From an uncultured Prevotella sp. (lineage in GTDB: Bacteria > Bacteroidota > Bacteroidia > Bacteroidales > Bacteroidaceae): a stretch of DNA of 64,000 nt. Below the pieces are notes generated by a model, which was not told where the DNA came from, did not search any database, and saw only the letters and a list, made by a program, of their open reading frames with translations. The stretch is taken from positions 26,170 through 90,169 of the forward strand of contig CAMJBL010000004.1 in NCBI GenBank assembly GCA_946403845.1. The letters are read 5' to 3'. Positions 47,623 to 57,295 of this stretch are shown here, piece by piece; position 1 is the stretch's first letter; every line of letters begins with the position of its first letter. Position numbers and translations under genes: made by a program.

Positions 47623-50157
47623 TTGCTGTATCGTGTCATCATATTATTATTGTCATTGGCCATATCGAATGTAGCTCAAGCACAGATATATGGTCAGGTT
47701 ATAGATGCCACAAACAATGAGCCTGTACCTTTGGCTACGATTTCGTACCACAACGGTGATTGGATGACCAAGGCTGATCATAATGGAAAGTTCTCCATCG
47801 AAAGACATAATGGCTGGCGACTGTTTATCAGTTCTGTAGGGCATAAGGCGCAAGAAATCCTTATCGACAGGAATACTCCTAACAAGCTGAATATCAAGCT
47901 GGAGCCGGAAATTAAGATGTTAGAAGAAGTTACGGTCAAGTCGAAACGGTCGACTAAATACAGGAGGAAAAACAATCCAGCTGTAGATCTGATGCGTAAG
48001 GTGATCGCAGCCAAGAAAAAAACAGATTTACGTTCTCATTCGTATTATCGCTATTCAAACTATCAACAAATCATAGCTGCCATCAATGACCTTAAACAGG
48101 AAGATCTGAAACAAGGACTTTTCAAGAATAGGCCTTGGTTAAATGACTATCTGAAAGTCAGTCCTCACACGGGAAAACTTATTCTCCCTTTCTCCCTTGA
48201 AGAAACTGTGACGGAAAAGTTGTATCGAAAATCACCAATGTTTGAAAAGGAAATTGTCCAGGCTCATGAAGTATCTGGATTGACAGAATTATTTCAAACA
48301 GGTGATATATTCAATGTGATACTGAAAGAATACTTTACTGACATCGATATCTATGATGACCATATACGTCTTCTCCAAAACTCTTTTACAAGTCCCATAA
48401 GTAATGATGCCATTCTGTTTTATCATTACTACATCACGGACACATTAGATATTGATGGCTCACGATGCTATCAATTGGATTTTATTCCAAGCAATCCTCA
48501 GGATTTCGGATTCAGGGGACAACTGTTTGTCATGGCAGACTCCTCCTATTTGGTGAAACGATGCGACATGATCTTACCCAGAGTCTCTGAGGTTAACTGG
48601 GTACAAGGTATGAAATGTATCCAGGCGTTCGGTAAATTGGAAAATGGGGAATGGGTATTGGAGCGTGACGATTTGGTAGTTGAGATGAAAGTCACCAATC
48701 AGGCTGCGAGGGGAGTGGTCATGAGAACGACTCGCCGCTCTGATTTCTCATTCGACGAACTACCCGATACGATAGGCCTCAAAGAATTTGCTGATAGTTA
48801 TGACCAGCGAGACAGTTGTTATTGGAACAAGTATAGAACGATAGAACAAACGACCAATAAAGAAATGATGGAATCGCTGAGTGGAAACATCCAACAACTC
48901 AAAGGCTTCCCTTATTTCCGTTTCTTTGCGCGTGCCCTATTTGAGAATTTCATAGAGACTGGTAGCAAAAACCATCCAAGTAAATTTGATATCGGACCTG
49001 TGACATCTACCATATCTTCAAACTTCTATGACGGGTTACGTCTGCGAATTGGTGGTCAGACAACGGTAAATATGAGCCAACATTATTACTTAAAGGGTTA
49101 TTATGCTTACGGGGCAAAATCTCACCAAAACTATTATGATGCCCAATTTACCTATACATTTAATACACCCCAATATCTACCTCAAGATTTCCCCAGGCGA
49201 TCTATTACAATTGAATCGTTACGAGATATAGCCCTACCTAGTGATAAGTTTATGAATACTGATAAGGACAATATGTTCTCGTCTATTAGGACAAACGGAA
49301 TAGACAAGATGTTTTTATATAATACAAATTCACTTCGAATCGATTATGAATTCTATTCCAGACTTAAACTGTTTGGTGAAATAAAAATAGAGAAGATAAG
49401 GCCAATAGGAAACATTGCTTTCCATTCTTTAGCAGATATATATTCCCCTCATTTAAGATATACAGAGACTACATTTGGACTAAGATACGCTCCTGGAGAA
49501 AAATACCTGAATACTAAACAGCAGCGATGGGCTATGAATTATAACAGTCCAATTATTAGAATTCAACATACCTTTGGATTAAAAGGATTTCTAGGTGGAC
49601 AATATCGTTATAATTATTCAGAGGTAGAAATGTCTAAACCATTCTGGCTTCCATTGAATTTAGGGTGTATGTGTACTTTTGTTAAATTGGCCTCACAATG
49701 GAATCAGGTTCCATATCCGCTTCTTATTATGCCAGAGTCAAACACAAGTTTTTTACTTGAAGATCATACGTTTGACCTTATTAATAATATGGAGTTCCTA
49801 AATGATAGATCTCTTTTTGCCGAATTAGATTGGGATTTGAATGGCAAATTATTCAATATGCTTCCCTTGCTTAAGAAACTAAAATGTAGAGAACACATAG
49901 GAATAAAATGTCTTTGGGGTAATTTAACAGATAAAAATAATCCTAATTTGATAAAAAACAATAATTCTGAAGTATTAATGGCATTTCCTGAAGGGGGTTA
50001 TATTATGAACCCCTCACATCCATATTATGAGGTATCAGTAGGTATACATAATATTATCAACCTTATTAAGGTAGAATACATAAGAAGGTTGAATTATTTA
50101 TATTTGCCAACGTCAAGCAAATATGCGATAAAATTATCTATTGATTTTAAATTCTGA
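47623..50157 (+). CDS. Outer membrane protein with carboxypeptidase-like regulatory domain (DUF5686-like)
   Basis: GQVIDAT...LEEVTV, NPAVDLMRKVI, YHYYITDT; terminal FKF. Confidence 0.82.
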   Translation: MLYRVIILLLSLAISNVAQAQIYGQVIDATNNEPVPLATISYHNGDWMTKADHNGKFSIERHNGWRLFISSVGHKAQEILIDRNTPNKLNIKLEPEIKMLEEVTVKSKRSTKYRRKNNPAVDLMRKVIAAKKKTDLRSHSYYRYSNYQQIIAAINDLKQEDLKQGLFKNRPWLNDYLKVSPHTGKLILPFSLEETVTEKLYRKSPMFEKEIVQAHEVSGLTELFQTGDIFNVILKEYFTDIDIYDDHIRLLQNSFTSPISNDAILFYHYYITDTLDIDGSRCYQLDFIPSNPQDFGFRGQLFVMADSSYLVKRCDMILPRVSEVNWVQGMKCIQAFGKLENGEWVLERDDLVVEMKVTNQAARGVVMRTTRRSDFSFDELPDTIGLKEFADSYDQRDSCYWNKYRTIEQTTNKEMMESLSGNIQQLKGFPYFRFFARALFENFIETGSKNHPSKFDIGPVTSTISSNFYDGLRLRIGGQTTVNMSQHYYLKGYYAYGAKSHQNYYDAQFTYTFNTPQYLPQDFPRRSITIESLRDIALPSDKFMNTDKDNMFSSIRTNGIDKMFLYNTNSLRIDYEFYSRLKLFGEIKIEKIRPIGNIAFHSLADIYSPHLRYTETTFGLRYAPGEKYLNTKQQRWAMNYNSPIIRIQHTFGLKGFLGGQYRYNYSEVEMSKPFWLPLNLGCMCTFVKLASQWNQVPYPLLIMPESNTSFLLEDHTFDLINNMEFLNDRSLFAELDWDLNGKLFNMLPLLKKLKCREHIGIKCLWGNLTDKNNPNLIKNNNSEVLMAFPEGGYIMNPSHPYYEVSVGIHNIINLIKVEYIRRLNYLYLPTSSKYAIKLSIDFKF

Positions 50158-50162
50158 AATAA

Positions 50163-50190
50163 ATTAGGCTCGCATAGATGCGAGCCTAAT
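50163..50190. terminator. Bidirectional terminator ending the biosynthetic operon
   Basis: ATTAGGCTCGCAT-ag-ATGCGAGCCTAAT perfect stem. Confidence 0.85.
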
Positions 50191-50406
50191 AAAAGTGATA
50201 AAACACTTTTCGCCTCAATGAGGCACCATTTTTAAACCCAAAAACGTCATCTCGACGGAGTTTTTTAATTCATGATGCAAATATAGGTGTTTTTTTTAAT
50301 ACAACCAAATATTTAGGCATTTTTTATTTGTAAGCAATTGATAACTACAGGTATTAATACAAATATACTATTGCATTGTCAGCTACAATAACATAACCTT
50401 AAAAAA

Positions 50407-51132
50407 TTAGAAATCAATACCAATTTTAGCAAAGACGCCCCATATGTCAGTCCTTTTTTTGCTACGTGATGTATGATAACTACCATTGTAATATGATCTG
50501 TATTTGTATGTTATTTCTGCAGACTGAATTTCTGTTCCGGTGCTTAAGCTAAGTCCAAAAGATTTGCCTAAACGGAATCTGCATCCAAGACTAACAGATG
50601 CATAAGCGCCTTCAACGTCTTTGAGCGGGCTATATCCACCCTTGGCATCAACAAAAGGATTAATTTTGGCATTGATAAAATCTGCTCTAAAATTAAGGAA
50701 GACAGGGAGAGATGTTACTTCGCTATCTAAATAATGAAATCCTCCAGCACCAACACCAAGATAAATGTAAGGATTGAATTGATAACCCATAGAAACTGTA
50801 CCGCCAACTCTATCTTCTTTATAGTCAGATTCCTCAACACCAAATACATATGTAGGTTCGATTATTACACGAAATTTACTATGTAAGCCATTCCCTCCAC
50901 GAAAGCCTTCACTCTTTTCTATAGCCTGAATGTGGTCAACATCGCTCATTTTATAAACAAACAAGCTGCCATCTGATGTTTGTATCTTAATAAGATCCTC
51001 AACATGGTTTTGCTCAATAATAGTACCGTTGATAATGCTACCGTTTTTTAGATAAACGCGTTCGTTGCTTTTTTGTGCATAAATAGAAATGCAACATGCA
51101 AGAAAGGATAATAGAAATAATACCTTTTTCAT
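50407..51132 (-). CDS. Outer membrane beta-barrel protein with small N-terminal beta domain
   Basis: Signal peptide, VYLKNGSIINGTIIEQ domain, terminal GIDF. Confidence 0.8.
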   Translation of the reverse strand: MKKVLFLLSFLACCISIYAQKSNERVYLKNGSIINGTIIEQNHVEDLIKIQTSDGSLFVYKMSDVDHIQAIEKSEGFRGGNGLHSKFRVIIEPTYVFGVEESDYKEDRVGGTVSMGYQFNPYIYLGVGAGGFHYLDSEVTSLPVFLNFRADFINAKINPFVDAKGGYSPLKDVEGAYASVSLGCRFRLGKSFGLSLSTGTEIQSAEITYKYRSYYNGSYHTSRSKKRTDIWGVFAKIGIDF

Positions 51133-51425
51133 ACTGATAATAATTTTAGGATGATAGAATAAATTGTTCTGGGTGCAAATATAGTGATTTTGTTTGATAT
51201 TACAAAATACAAAAGCAAAAACCTTTATTATTTATCGAGTAATTTGTTTTTTGTGCATAATCGTATCTTTGCAAACACATCGTTCCTGGATCAGTGTGTG
51301 TTAGGATACATATTATTATATATAAAGGACTGCCGTGCGTAAGAAAAAACGGAAAACTTTTGGAGATTTCGAATATTTACTCTATCTTTGCAGCAGATTA
51401 ATGTCTAACCCTCAAATTTAAAACT

Positions 51426-52463
51426 ATGGCAAAAAAGATCAAAGCTCAGAAAAGTAGCAAGAAGAAGGTTAATGAAGATGTTCATGAACCGGTCACAAAT
51501 CGTGACCAGTCCGAAGAGGTAGTCGCAAAACGCGACCACCTTGAAAAGGGCGAAATATCGCTTACCCAACATGATATTGAGAGCCTAATTCGCACTATCC
51601 GAGGGCAGAAGGTGATGGTGGATTTCGATTTGGCTATGCTCTATGGTGTGAAGAACAAACGTCTTAACGAGCAGGTAAAACGTAATATAAAACGTTTCCC
51701 AGATGACTTTATGTTCCAACTTACAAAAGAGGAATGGAATACTTTGCGGTCGCAAATTGCGACCACAAAATCATCTGTAAATCAGGCTGATAACATCTTG
51801 AAGTCGCAAATTGCGACATCAAGTTGGGGTGGAACAAGAAAACTGCCCTATGCATTTACAAGAAACGGAATCGGAATGCTGAGTAGTGTGCTTGGGTCTG
51901 ACACAGCAGTAGAAATGAACATCCGCATCATGCGTGTTTTTACTGCGGCTCACCAGATAATGGAAAACAACGCTATCTTATTTAAAAAGGTACTTCATTT
52001 AGAACAGCACCAGATAGAAACGGATGAAAAGATTGATCATCTAATTGCAAAGATGGATGAGAATTCGCCCAAGTTTCTGCCTGAGCATATATTTCAGACG
52101 GGTTGTGTGTGGGATGCCTGGTCGTATGTGTCGGATCTGGTGAGGAAAGCTGATCAGCGAATTATATTGATAGACAACTTCGTGGATGATCGTGTACTAT
52201 CATTGTTTTCTAAACGAAGAGATGGCGTAAATGCTACCATACATACGCGCTATACTGAACAGTTCCTGACGGACTTGGAGAAGCACAACGAGCAGTATCC
52301 GGCTATTGAATTCATACAGTTGCGTCATAAGAATCATGACCGTTTTCTCATTATCGACGATACCGCCTATTTGCTTGGTGCCAGTTTGAAGGATATGGGT
52401 GTTGGCTTATGTGCCATTACTCCCCTCAGTACTTCACCAGAAACAATACTTGGGATGCTATAA
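51426..52463 (+). CDS. ORF6N-domain DNA-binding protein with C-terminal PLD-like domain
   Basis: IRGQKVMVDFDLAMLYGV...LNEQVKRNIKRFPDDFMFQL; PYAFT; IILIDNF; HDRFLIIDD. Confidence 0.88.
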   Translation: MAKKIKAQKSSKKKVNEDVHEPVTNRDQSEEVVAKRDHLEKGEISLTQHDIESLIRTIRGQKVMVDFDLAMLYGVKNKRLNEQVKRNIKRFPDDFMFQLTKEEWNTLRSQIATTKSSVNQADNILKSQIATSSWGGTRKLPYAFTRNGIGMLSSVLGSDTAVEMNIRIMRVFTAAHQIMENNAILFKKVLHLEQHQIETDEKIDHLIAKMDENSPKFLPEHIFQTGCVWDAWSYVSDLVRKADQRIILIDNFVDDRVLSLFSKRRDGVNATIHTRYTEQFLTDLEKHNEQYPAIEFIQLRHKNHDRFLIIDDTAYLLGASLKDMGVGLCAITPLSTSPETILGML

Positions 52464-52745
52464 CACATTCAGGTATAGCTACGCGACCGCCTGCTGCATT
52501 TGGCTTTTTGCTAATGTGGCAGTTTTTTTTGTTAGAAATTTGGAAATATAAAATAAAATTACTATCTTTGTCGTCGATTACTAAAATTAATCAACTAAAA
52601 TTATGAATATTATTAGACTAAAACATCGGATTGGACTTAGTCCATAAATATATCAAACATACCAAATGTTAGAGATTTTTCAATTATAGCGCAGGGCATG
52701 GATTTGCTTTGTGTAGGGAGAATAATAATTAAAAACTAAAGAATT

Positions 52746-53456
52746 ATGATCAACTTAAAAACCAATTCAAAAGAGTTATGGCGAGTGCTCCCAGAAGAGC
52801 ACGACAAAGCCTTGTACTGGCTGAAGAAGCATTTCGGGGGGGAGGATCGCTATGAGATGATGCGCGACGACCTGCTGATCAGATGCAGGCAGGCCCGATG
52901 GCCAATCGCATCGGAGGTGGTGGATTACACCTCGAAGGAGGGAAACCGATGGGTTTGTTTTGAACAGGCCACGTATTACCCTGAAAGACATGGATCGCAT
53001 TGCATGCCTTATGCATTCTGCTATTATGAGACAGCGGTGTCGTTAGGGGTGTTTTCGCTTGGCTACCATTCTGAAAACGGCAGGGATGAGGTGGGCTCCA
53101 TCTTTATCTACACGCCTCACTTCTTTCAGCGATACTGCGAAAGGATGCGCGTTAAGGGCTCTCCAAAGGGGATACTCATGAGCTTTATGAAAATGTCGCC
53201 TCTGATTACTACTGCCCTTCTGCCTAAGGATGAGGACGGACTGCAGAAGGTGATTGTGAGATTTCCCGGATGTGTAGGGCATGGTATTGCACGAAGGGAT
53301 CATGAGCGGGTGTTTGAGGTGCGCACCTTGTTGACAGATGGTCAGCTGAGTGGCAAGCAGTCGCAGGATACCCAGGAGCTGCGTGAATATGGAGATTATT
53401 TGAAAGTCGTTAGAGGCTACACTGTATTTAATAACTGTAAAACTATAGAATTATGA
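52746..53456 (+). CDS. Hypothetical protein
   Basis: 236-aa ORF with YTPHFFQRYCER motif; ATGA-coupled to the next gene. Confidence 0.7.
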   Translation: MINLKTNSKELWRVLPEEHDKALYWLKKHFGGEDRYEMMRDDLLIRCRQARWPIASEVVDYTSKEGNRWVCFEQATYYPERHGSHCMPYAFCYYETAVSLGVFSLGYHSENGRDEVGSIFIYTPHFFQRYCERMRVKGSPKGILMSFMKMSPLITTALLPKDEDGLQKVIVRFPGCVGHGIARRDHERVFEVRTLLTDGQLSGKQSQDTQELREYGDYLKVVRGYTVFNNCKTIEL

Positions 53457-54490
53457 ACCAAGACCAATTTTTTGATGATCCATTAGCGAAGGGCTCGCAG
53501 GCAGGGAAGCTCATCACAAAGCTGCAAAACGAAAACAAATGGCTGCGAGCAACATTGAAAAGTATCACATCTAATACCTTGATGCTGGATCCCACAACAG
53601 AAAACCTGTGGGAAGAGTTGATAAAGAAATATAAGGATGATGCTGTGCTTGAAGAATATAGTGACTGGAAAGAGGAAATAGACGGTTATAAGTTTGAGGA
53701 TCTGAAAGCCAGACAGAATCAAGAAGTTTACAAACTGCTTAAATCGAGATTTTTCCGATATAGTAAAACACCAACGGGCGCTGAGGTGAAGCGTAGGAAG
53801 TTGGTCATTTCTGAAGATGATTTGGAAGTGGGGTCGGAGATTCCCCAGTTTCTGGCTGCTGAATGCTCGAAGTTTGAGCGCTTTTACGAGTTGCGTGGGG
53901 AGCATATCTTTATTCTAAACTACGTGAAGCTGGAACACTATATCAGAAAGCATTTCCATAAACTGAAACCTCAGGATTTACAGATTATTGCTGCCTTCGA
54001 CCAGTGTATGGATCTGATACATGATGACATGGCGAAATTAAGGACTAGCCTTGCCGTTCACCTGAAATGCTATGAAAACAATCTGATCATGCAAAAGAAG
54101 ATGGTTTGTCTGGAGGTGCTAAGCGTCTGCAAACAATATATGAATAATAAGGTACGCGAGAAGTTTATTGATGACTATGTGGATATGCTGCTCTTTGATG
54201 AGGACATGAGAGAGGAGGCGAGGAATAAGCTGAAAGGACAGTCGATGAAGAAGTATCTCTGTGAGATGGTGGCTGCGCTCAGATGGTTTGATATCTTCCG
54301 TCATGATGTGACGCCTCAGATGCTGGCGCATGTAATCAGCAAGAAACTGGAGGGTGTCGCTTCGAAAACTCTACAAACCTATATCGAGAAATTCTATAAT
54401 GCCCGAGAGGGGCGATTATATGTTTGGACGAAAGCTAATATTGACCAATTGAAGGTGGCACCATATAATCCTTTTGCTCAGATTATTTAA
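53453..54490 (+). CDS. Hypothetical helical protein, possible regulator
   Basis: 345-aa ORF; C-terminal helix-turn-helix-like segment; followed by a TCCGAC inverted repeat. Confidence 0.65.
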   Translation: MNQDQFFDDPLAKGSQAGKLITKLQNENKWLRATLKSITSNTLMLDPTTENLWEELIKKYKDDAVLEEYSDWKEEIDGYKFEDLKARQNQEVYKLLKSRFFRYSKTPTGAEVKRRKLVISEDDLEVGSEIPQFLAAECSKFERFYELRGEHIFILNYVKLEHYIRKHFHKLKPQDLQIIAAFDQCMDLIHDDMAKLRTSLAVHLKCYENNLIMQKKMVCLEVLSVCKQYMNNKVREKFIDDYVDMLLFDEDMREEARNKLKGQSMKKYLCEMVAALRWFDIFRHDVTPQMLAHVISKKLEGVASKTLQTYIEKFYNAREGRLYVWTKANIDQLKVAPYNPFAQII

Positions 54491-54722
54491 TCCGACAATT
54501 TGTTTTTTATACTGTTCCGACTGACTGAATTGTCGGAGCAAATTATATCTCTCTGAAAATCAACCCTTTCAGAGAGATTTTTTTTTATGATTTTTCTTCC
54601 TTGCTTTCGGAATTAATCGGTTCTACCTTTGCAACCGCAATTAAGATTTAGACATAGGAACATATGAACAAATATTTAATTCAGACATAAAAACATAAGA
54701 ACAAAATTAAAATTTAAAAGGT

Positions 54723-55346
54723 ATGGAAGAAGAAAAATGTGAAGTGCTGACCATTCCGGAAAGCATGAAGAAAGAAGAACTTGTTGATGAGGTGTATCGC
54801 CTGCGAAGGATGGGCATCGCCAAAGATGAGAAGGAAAAGGGGTTGATCATTGAGGTGGACTATCTGAGGAATGAACTGAAAGAATCGCGCAGGCAGATCG
54901 TGGAAATGAAGTACCATCTGGAGGAAGTGCAGCAGGAGTATGGTCGGGAGCGTGAGGTGGCCAGCAACTGTGTTGGGATCTTGAAGGAATTCCTCTTCAA
55001 ATGGCTCACACCTGACAATCAAGATCTCGTGAAACGTATGTTGAGGTTTTATGATGATTACGATAAGGCGCGATTGATCTATGCTATCCTGAAATTCCTG
55101 CTCTTTGGTGAGATGTCGAACTTTCACAAGGAGGTGCAGAAATGGCATTTCAACATCATCTGCGATAAGATCGACGAGGATGCGATTCATCTGCCTTCGC
55201 ATTCGCTGATGGTGAAATTGATGGAAAAATATGGACTCTTTGATAAAATTGATAATGAAGTATTAACTAACGAAAATGAGAACGATGGAAACAGTGAAAG
55301 TAACAGTGGTGAGAAAGAACAAACGACTGGTGAGGGTGGTTGTTGA
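54723..55346 (+). CDS. Hypothetical coiled-coil protein with phage replication-initiator-like (DUF6291-like) segment
   Basis: DKARLIYAILKFLLFGE resembles that family; first gene after the TACCTTTG promoter at about 54624. Confidence 0.55.
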   Translation: MEEEKCEVLTIPESMKKEELVDEVYRLRRMGIAKDEKEKGLIIEVDYLRNELKESRRQIVEMKYHLEEVQQEYGREREVASNCVGILKEFLFKWLTPDNQDLVKRMLRFYDDYDKARLIYAILKFLLFGEMSNFHKEVQKWHFNIICDKIDEDAIHLPSHSLMVKLMEKYGLFDKIDNEVLTNENENDGNSESNSGEKEQTTGEGGC

Positions 55347-55599
55347 GGATTTGCAGGACGAGTATGGCGTGGACATCGAAGCCCTGGTGATCATGGAGTG
55401 TATCAGGCCCCACGTGAGTACGACGCTCTTCGATATGTTGATGATGCAGTTGCCAGCCTTTACAAGCGACATGCAGGTGGAGGTGGCAGACAATCTGCTG
55501 GACTTCGTGAACGAGGGCGTGCTGAAATACACGGGCTGCACCAGCGCGGACATGGTGCTCGATGCCTGCTATAAATGGATTGAAGATGAAAATAGTTGA
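55276..55599 (+). CDS. Hypothetical protein
   Basis: ORF in operon context with host-like codon use; start may be 55285. Confidence 0.6.
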   Translation: MRTMETVKVTVVRKNKRLVRVVVEDLQDEYGVDIEALVIMECIRPHVSTTLFDMLMMQLPAFTSDMQVEVADNLLDFVNEGVLKYTGCTSADMVLDACYKWIEDENS

Positions 55600-55644
55600 A
55601 GAATTAAAGAATTGAAGAATTAAAGAATTGAAAAATTGAAGTTT

Positions 55645-56589
55645 ATGGAAGGAAGACCATTGAATTTTGCTGAGGCACCAGTACAGGTGCTGACGCTCGA
55701 TGAGCTCGAAAAGAGCTATCATGAGAACCTGCCAACGGGCGATCCCGTAGGTGGAATCTATCACTTCGCCCTGATCCAACAGGTGCTGGAGCTATTTGAA
55801 AAGCGGGGACTGAAGCCTGTGGTGCAGGAGATTTTCGCTGCTGCAAATAGGGATTCGAAACGCCCGGGTGTGACGCTGCTGCCTCAGCTGGAGGAGAAGT
55901 TTGGAGAAAGGGCGATTGAAGCGCATCTGCTTCGAAGGGTGTATGCGAACATCGAGATCCGTTCGGACGAAACTGATGATGTCGTGACTTGCCTCGCAGT
56001 AGCTTATCATCAGAAGGGTATTCAACTGGGAATTGGTCCGATGGTGAAGGTGTGTCATAACCAGACGATTCTCGGGGCGCAGGATGTGGTAAGTAACTAT
56101 ACTTGCTTCGGAGGGCGCAAGGACACAAAGGGGTCAGGCACCTCTGTGTCGTCTGCGACAACACATAAATGCCAGACCCCATTGCGTCCCTCTCTGGAGA
56201 TGGTGCTGGCAAGGGCTGAACAGTGGGCGGAGGATTATGAACCTTATCAGAAGATTCGTGCAGAAAGGGTTTCGGCCATGAAGTCTGTGCAGATGGATCG
56301 CGAGGGGATGCTGAGGCTGATTGGCGTGCTCGTTGAGAAAAGAATTCTGCATGATTCTGCAAATGAGGTGCTGCGTGTGGCGACCCCATATCCGCTGAAC
56401 TCGGGACAGATCAACGAGACGGCTGAGCAACTGATTGCGCTAATGCGCCACGATGAACCAATCACGTATTGGGATGCATACCAGCAGCTGAACACCGTGC
56501 TGAAACCCGGGCGCATGGATATCCCACAGGTGCTGCCACAGAGTCTGGCGCTCTATGAGGCTCTACAAGATCAGATAAACCAGGGCTAA
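55645..56589 (+). CDS. DUF932-like phage/plasmid protein with in-frame hairpin insertion
   Basis: IGPMVKVCHNQTIL resembles the DUF932 VCxN motif; TYWDAYQ C-terminal motif. Confidence 0.6.
   Translation: MEGRPLNFAEAPVQVLTLDELEKSYHENLPTGDPVGGIYHFALIQQVLELFEKRGLKPVVQEIFAAANRDSKRPGVTLLPQLEEKFGERAIEAHLLRRVYANIEIRSDETDDVVTCLAVAYHQKGIQLGIGPMVKVCHNQTILGAQDVVSNYTCFGGRKDTKGSGTSVSSATTHKCQTPLRPSLEMVLARAEQWAEDYEPYQKIRAERVSAMKSVQMDREGMLRLIGVLVEKRILHDSANEVLRVATPYPLNSGQINETAEQLIALMRHDEPITYWDAYQQLNTVLKPGRMDIPQVLPQSLALYEALQDQINQG
56121..56189. repeat. 69-bp REP-like hairpin inserted in frame
   Basis: Arms 56121-56153 and 56157-56189 are inverted (26/33 match); core GGGGTCAGGCACC. Confidence 0.78.
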
Positions 56590-56614
56590 TGAATCATTTA
56601 AAAAAGGAGGAAAA

Positions 56615-56938
56615 ATGAAGAAAGAAGTATCAATTTTGAATGCGCTCGCAGTCATGGCTAGACTGGAGCAGGGTAAGAGTGTGGAAGGTAGCTTCTTCAA
56701 GGACAAGGAATCGGGTGTGCTGACGTTCAGGCCCTACAACCGATTGTCGCGAGAACCGGGGTATGTTCCGCCCACGGTGACGCTTTATGAAACGGCCAAT
56801 GGGGCGCTGCGCCAGACAGCCAAGCGAAACAAGATCGTGGTGAGTGTGAAACGAAGTCTTGGTAAGCTTCGTGGGGCCACAGAACTCCTGTCGCAGGCGA
56901 GGGAGCTAACCGATTACCTGAAAACGTTGAAGAATTGA
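56615..56938 (+). CDS. Hypothetical basic protein
   Basis: AGGAGG before the ATG; operon context. Confidence 0.7.
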   Translation: MKKEVSILNALAVMARLEQGKSVEGSFFKDKESGVLTFRPYNRLSREPGYVPPTVTLYETANGALRQTAKRNKIVVSVKRSLGKLRGATELLSQARELTDYLKTLKN

Positions 56939-57004
56939 AAAATTGAAGAATTGGAAAATTGAAGTTTTAAAAATTGAAAAATTGAAGTTTTAAGAATTGA
57001 AAGG

Positions 57005-57292
57005 ATGGAAGCATTAGTAACAATTGTAGAGGTGGGCGCATACTCTGAGCGCCAGTATCAGAAACAGGACGGAACACCTGAATATTTTAAGAGTAGAGGA
57101 TTCGTTCTGAAGCGGGGCGGGGACTCCTTCTATGGAGAGCTCACTGGTGATGGAGCCAGCAAGAATCGCGACACCCAGTATGACCAGCAGATTCCATACA
57201 TCGTGAAGGGATTCTGGAAGGTGCGCACATGGGGCGATAATCATGACCGCCACGAGAACGTCTTTTATATCACAGATCTTCAAACGCTCTAG
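57005..57292 (+). CDS. Small OB-fold, SSB-like (DUF3127-like) protein
   Basis: All-beta pattern ERQYQKQDG...FVLK...KVRTW...ENVFYITDL; directly upstream of the primase-helicase. Confidence 0.6.
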   Translation: MEALVTIVEVGAYSERQYQKQDGTPEYFKSRGFVLKRGGDSFYGELTGDGASKNRDTQYDQQIPYIVKGFWKVRTWGDNHDRHENVFYITDLQTL

Positions 57293-57295
57293 CCG

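Noticed and set aside
54648..54715. Imperfect 33-bp duplication in the leader of 54723 (AGACATARRAACATAWGAACAAA)
   Set aside because: AT-rich, two copies only; insufficient evidence for function
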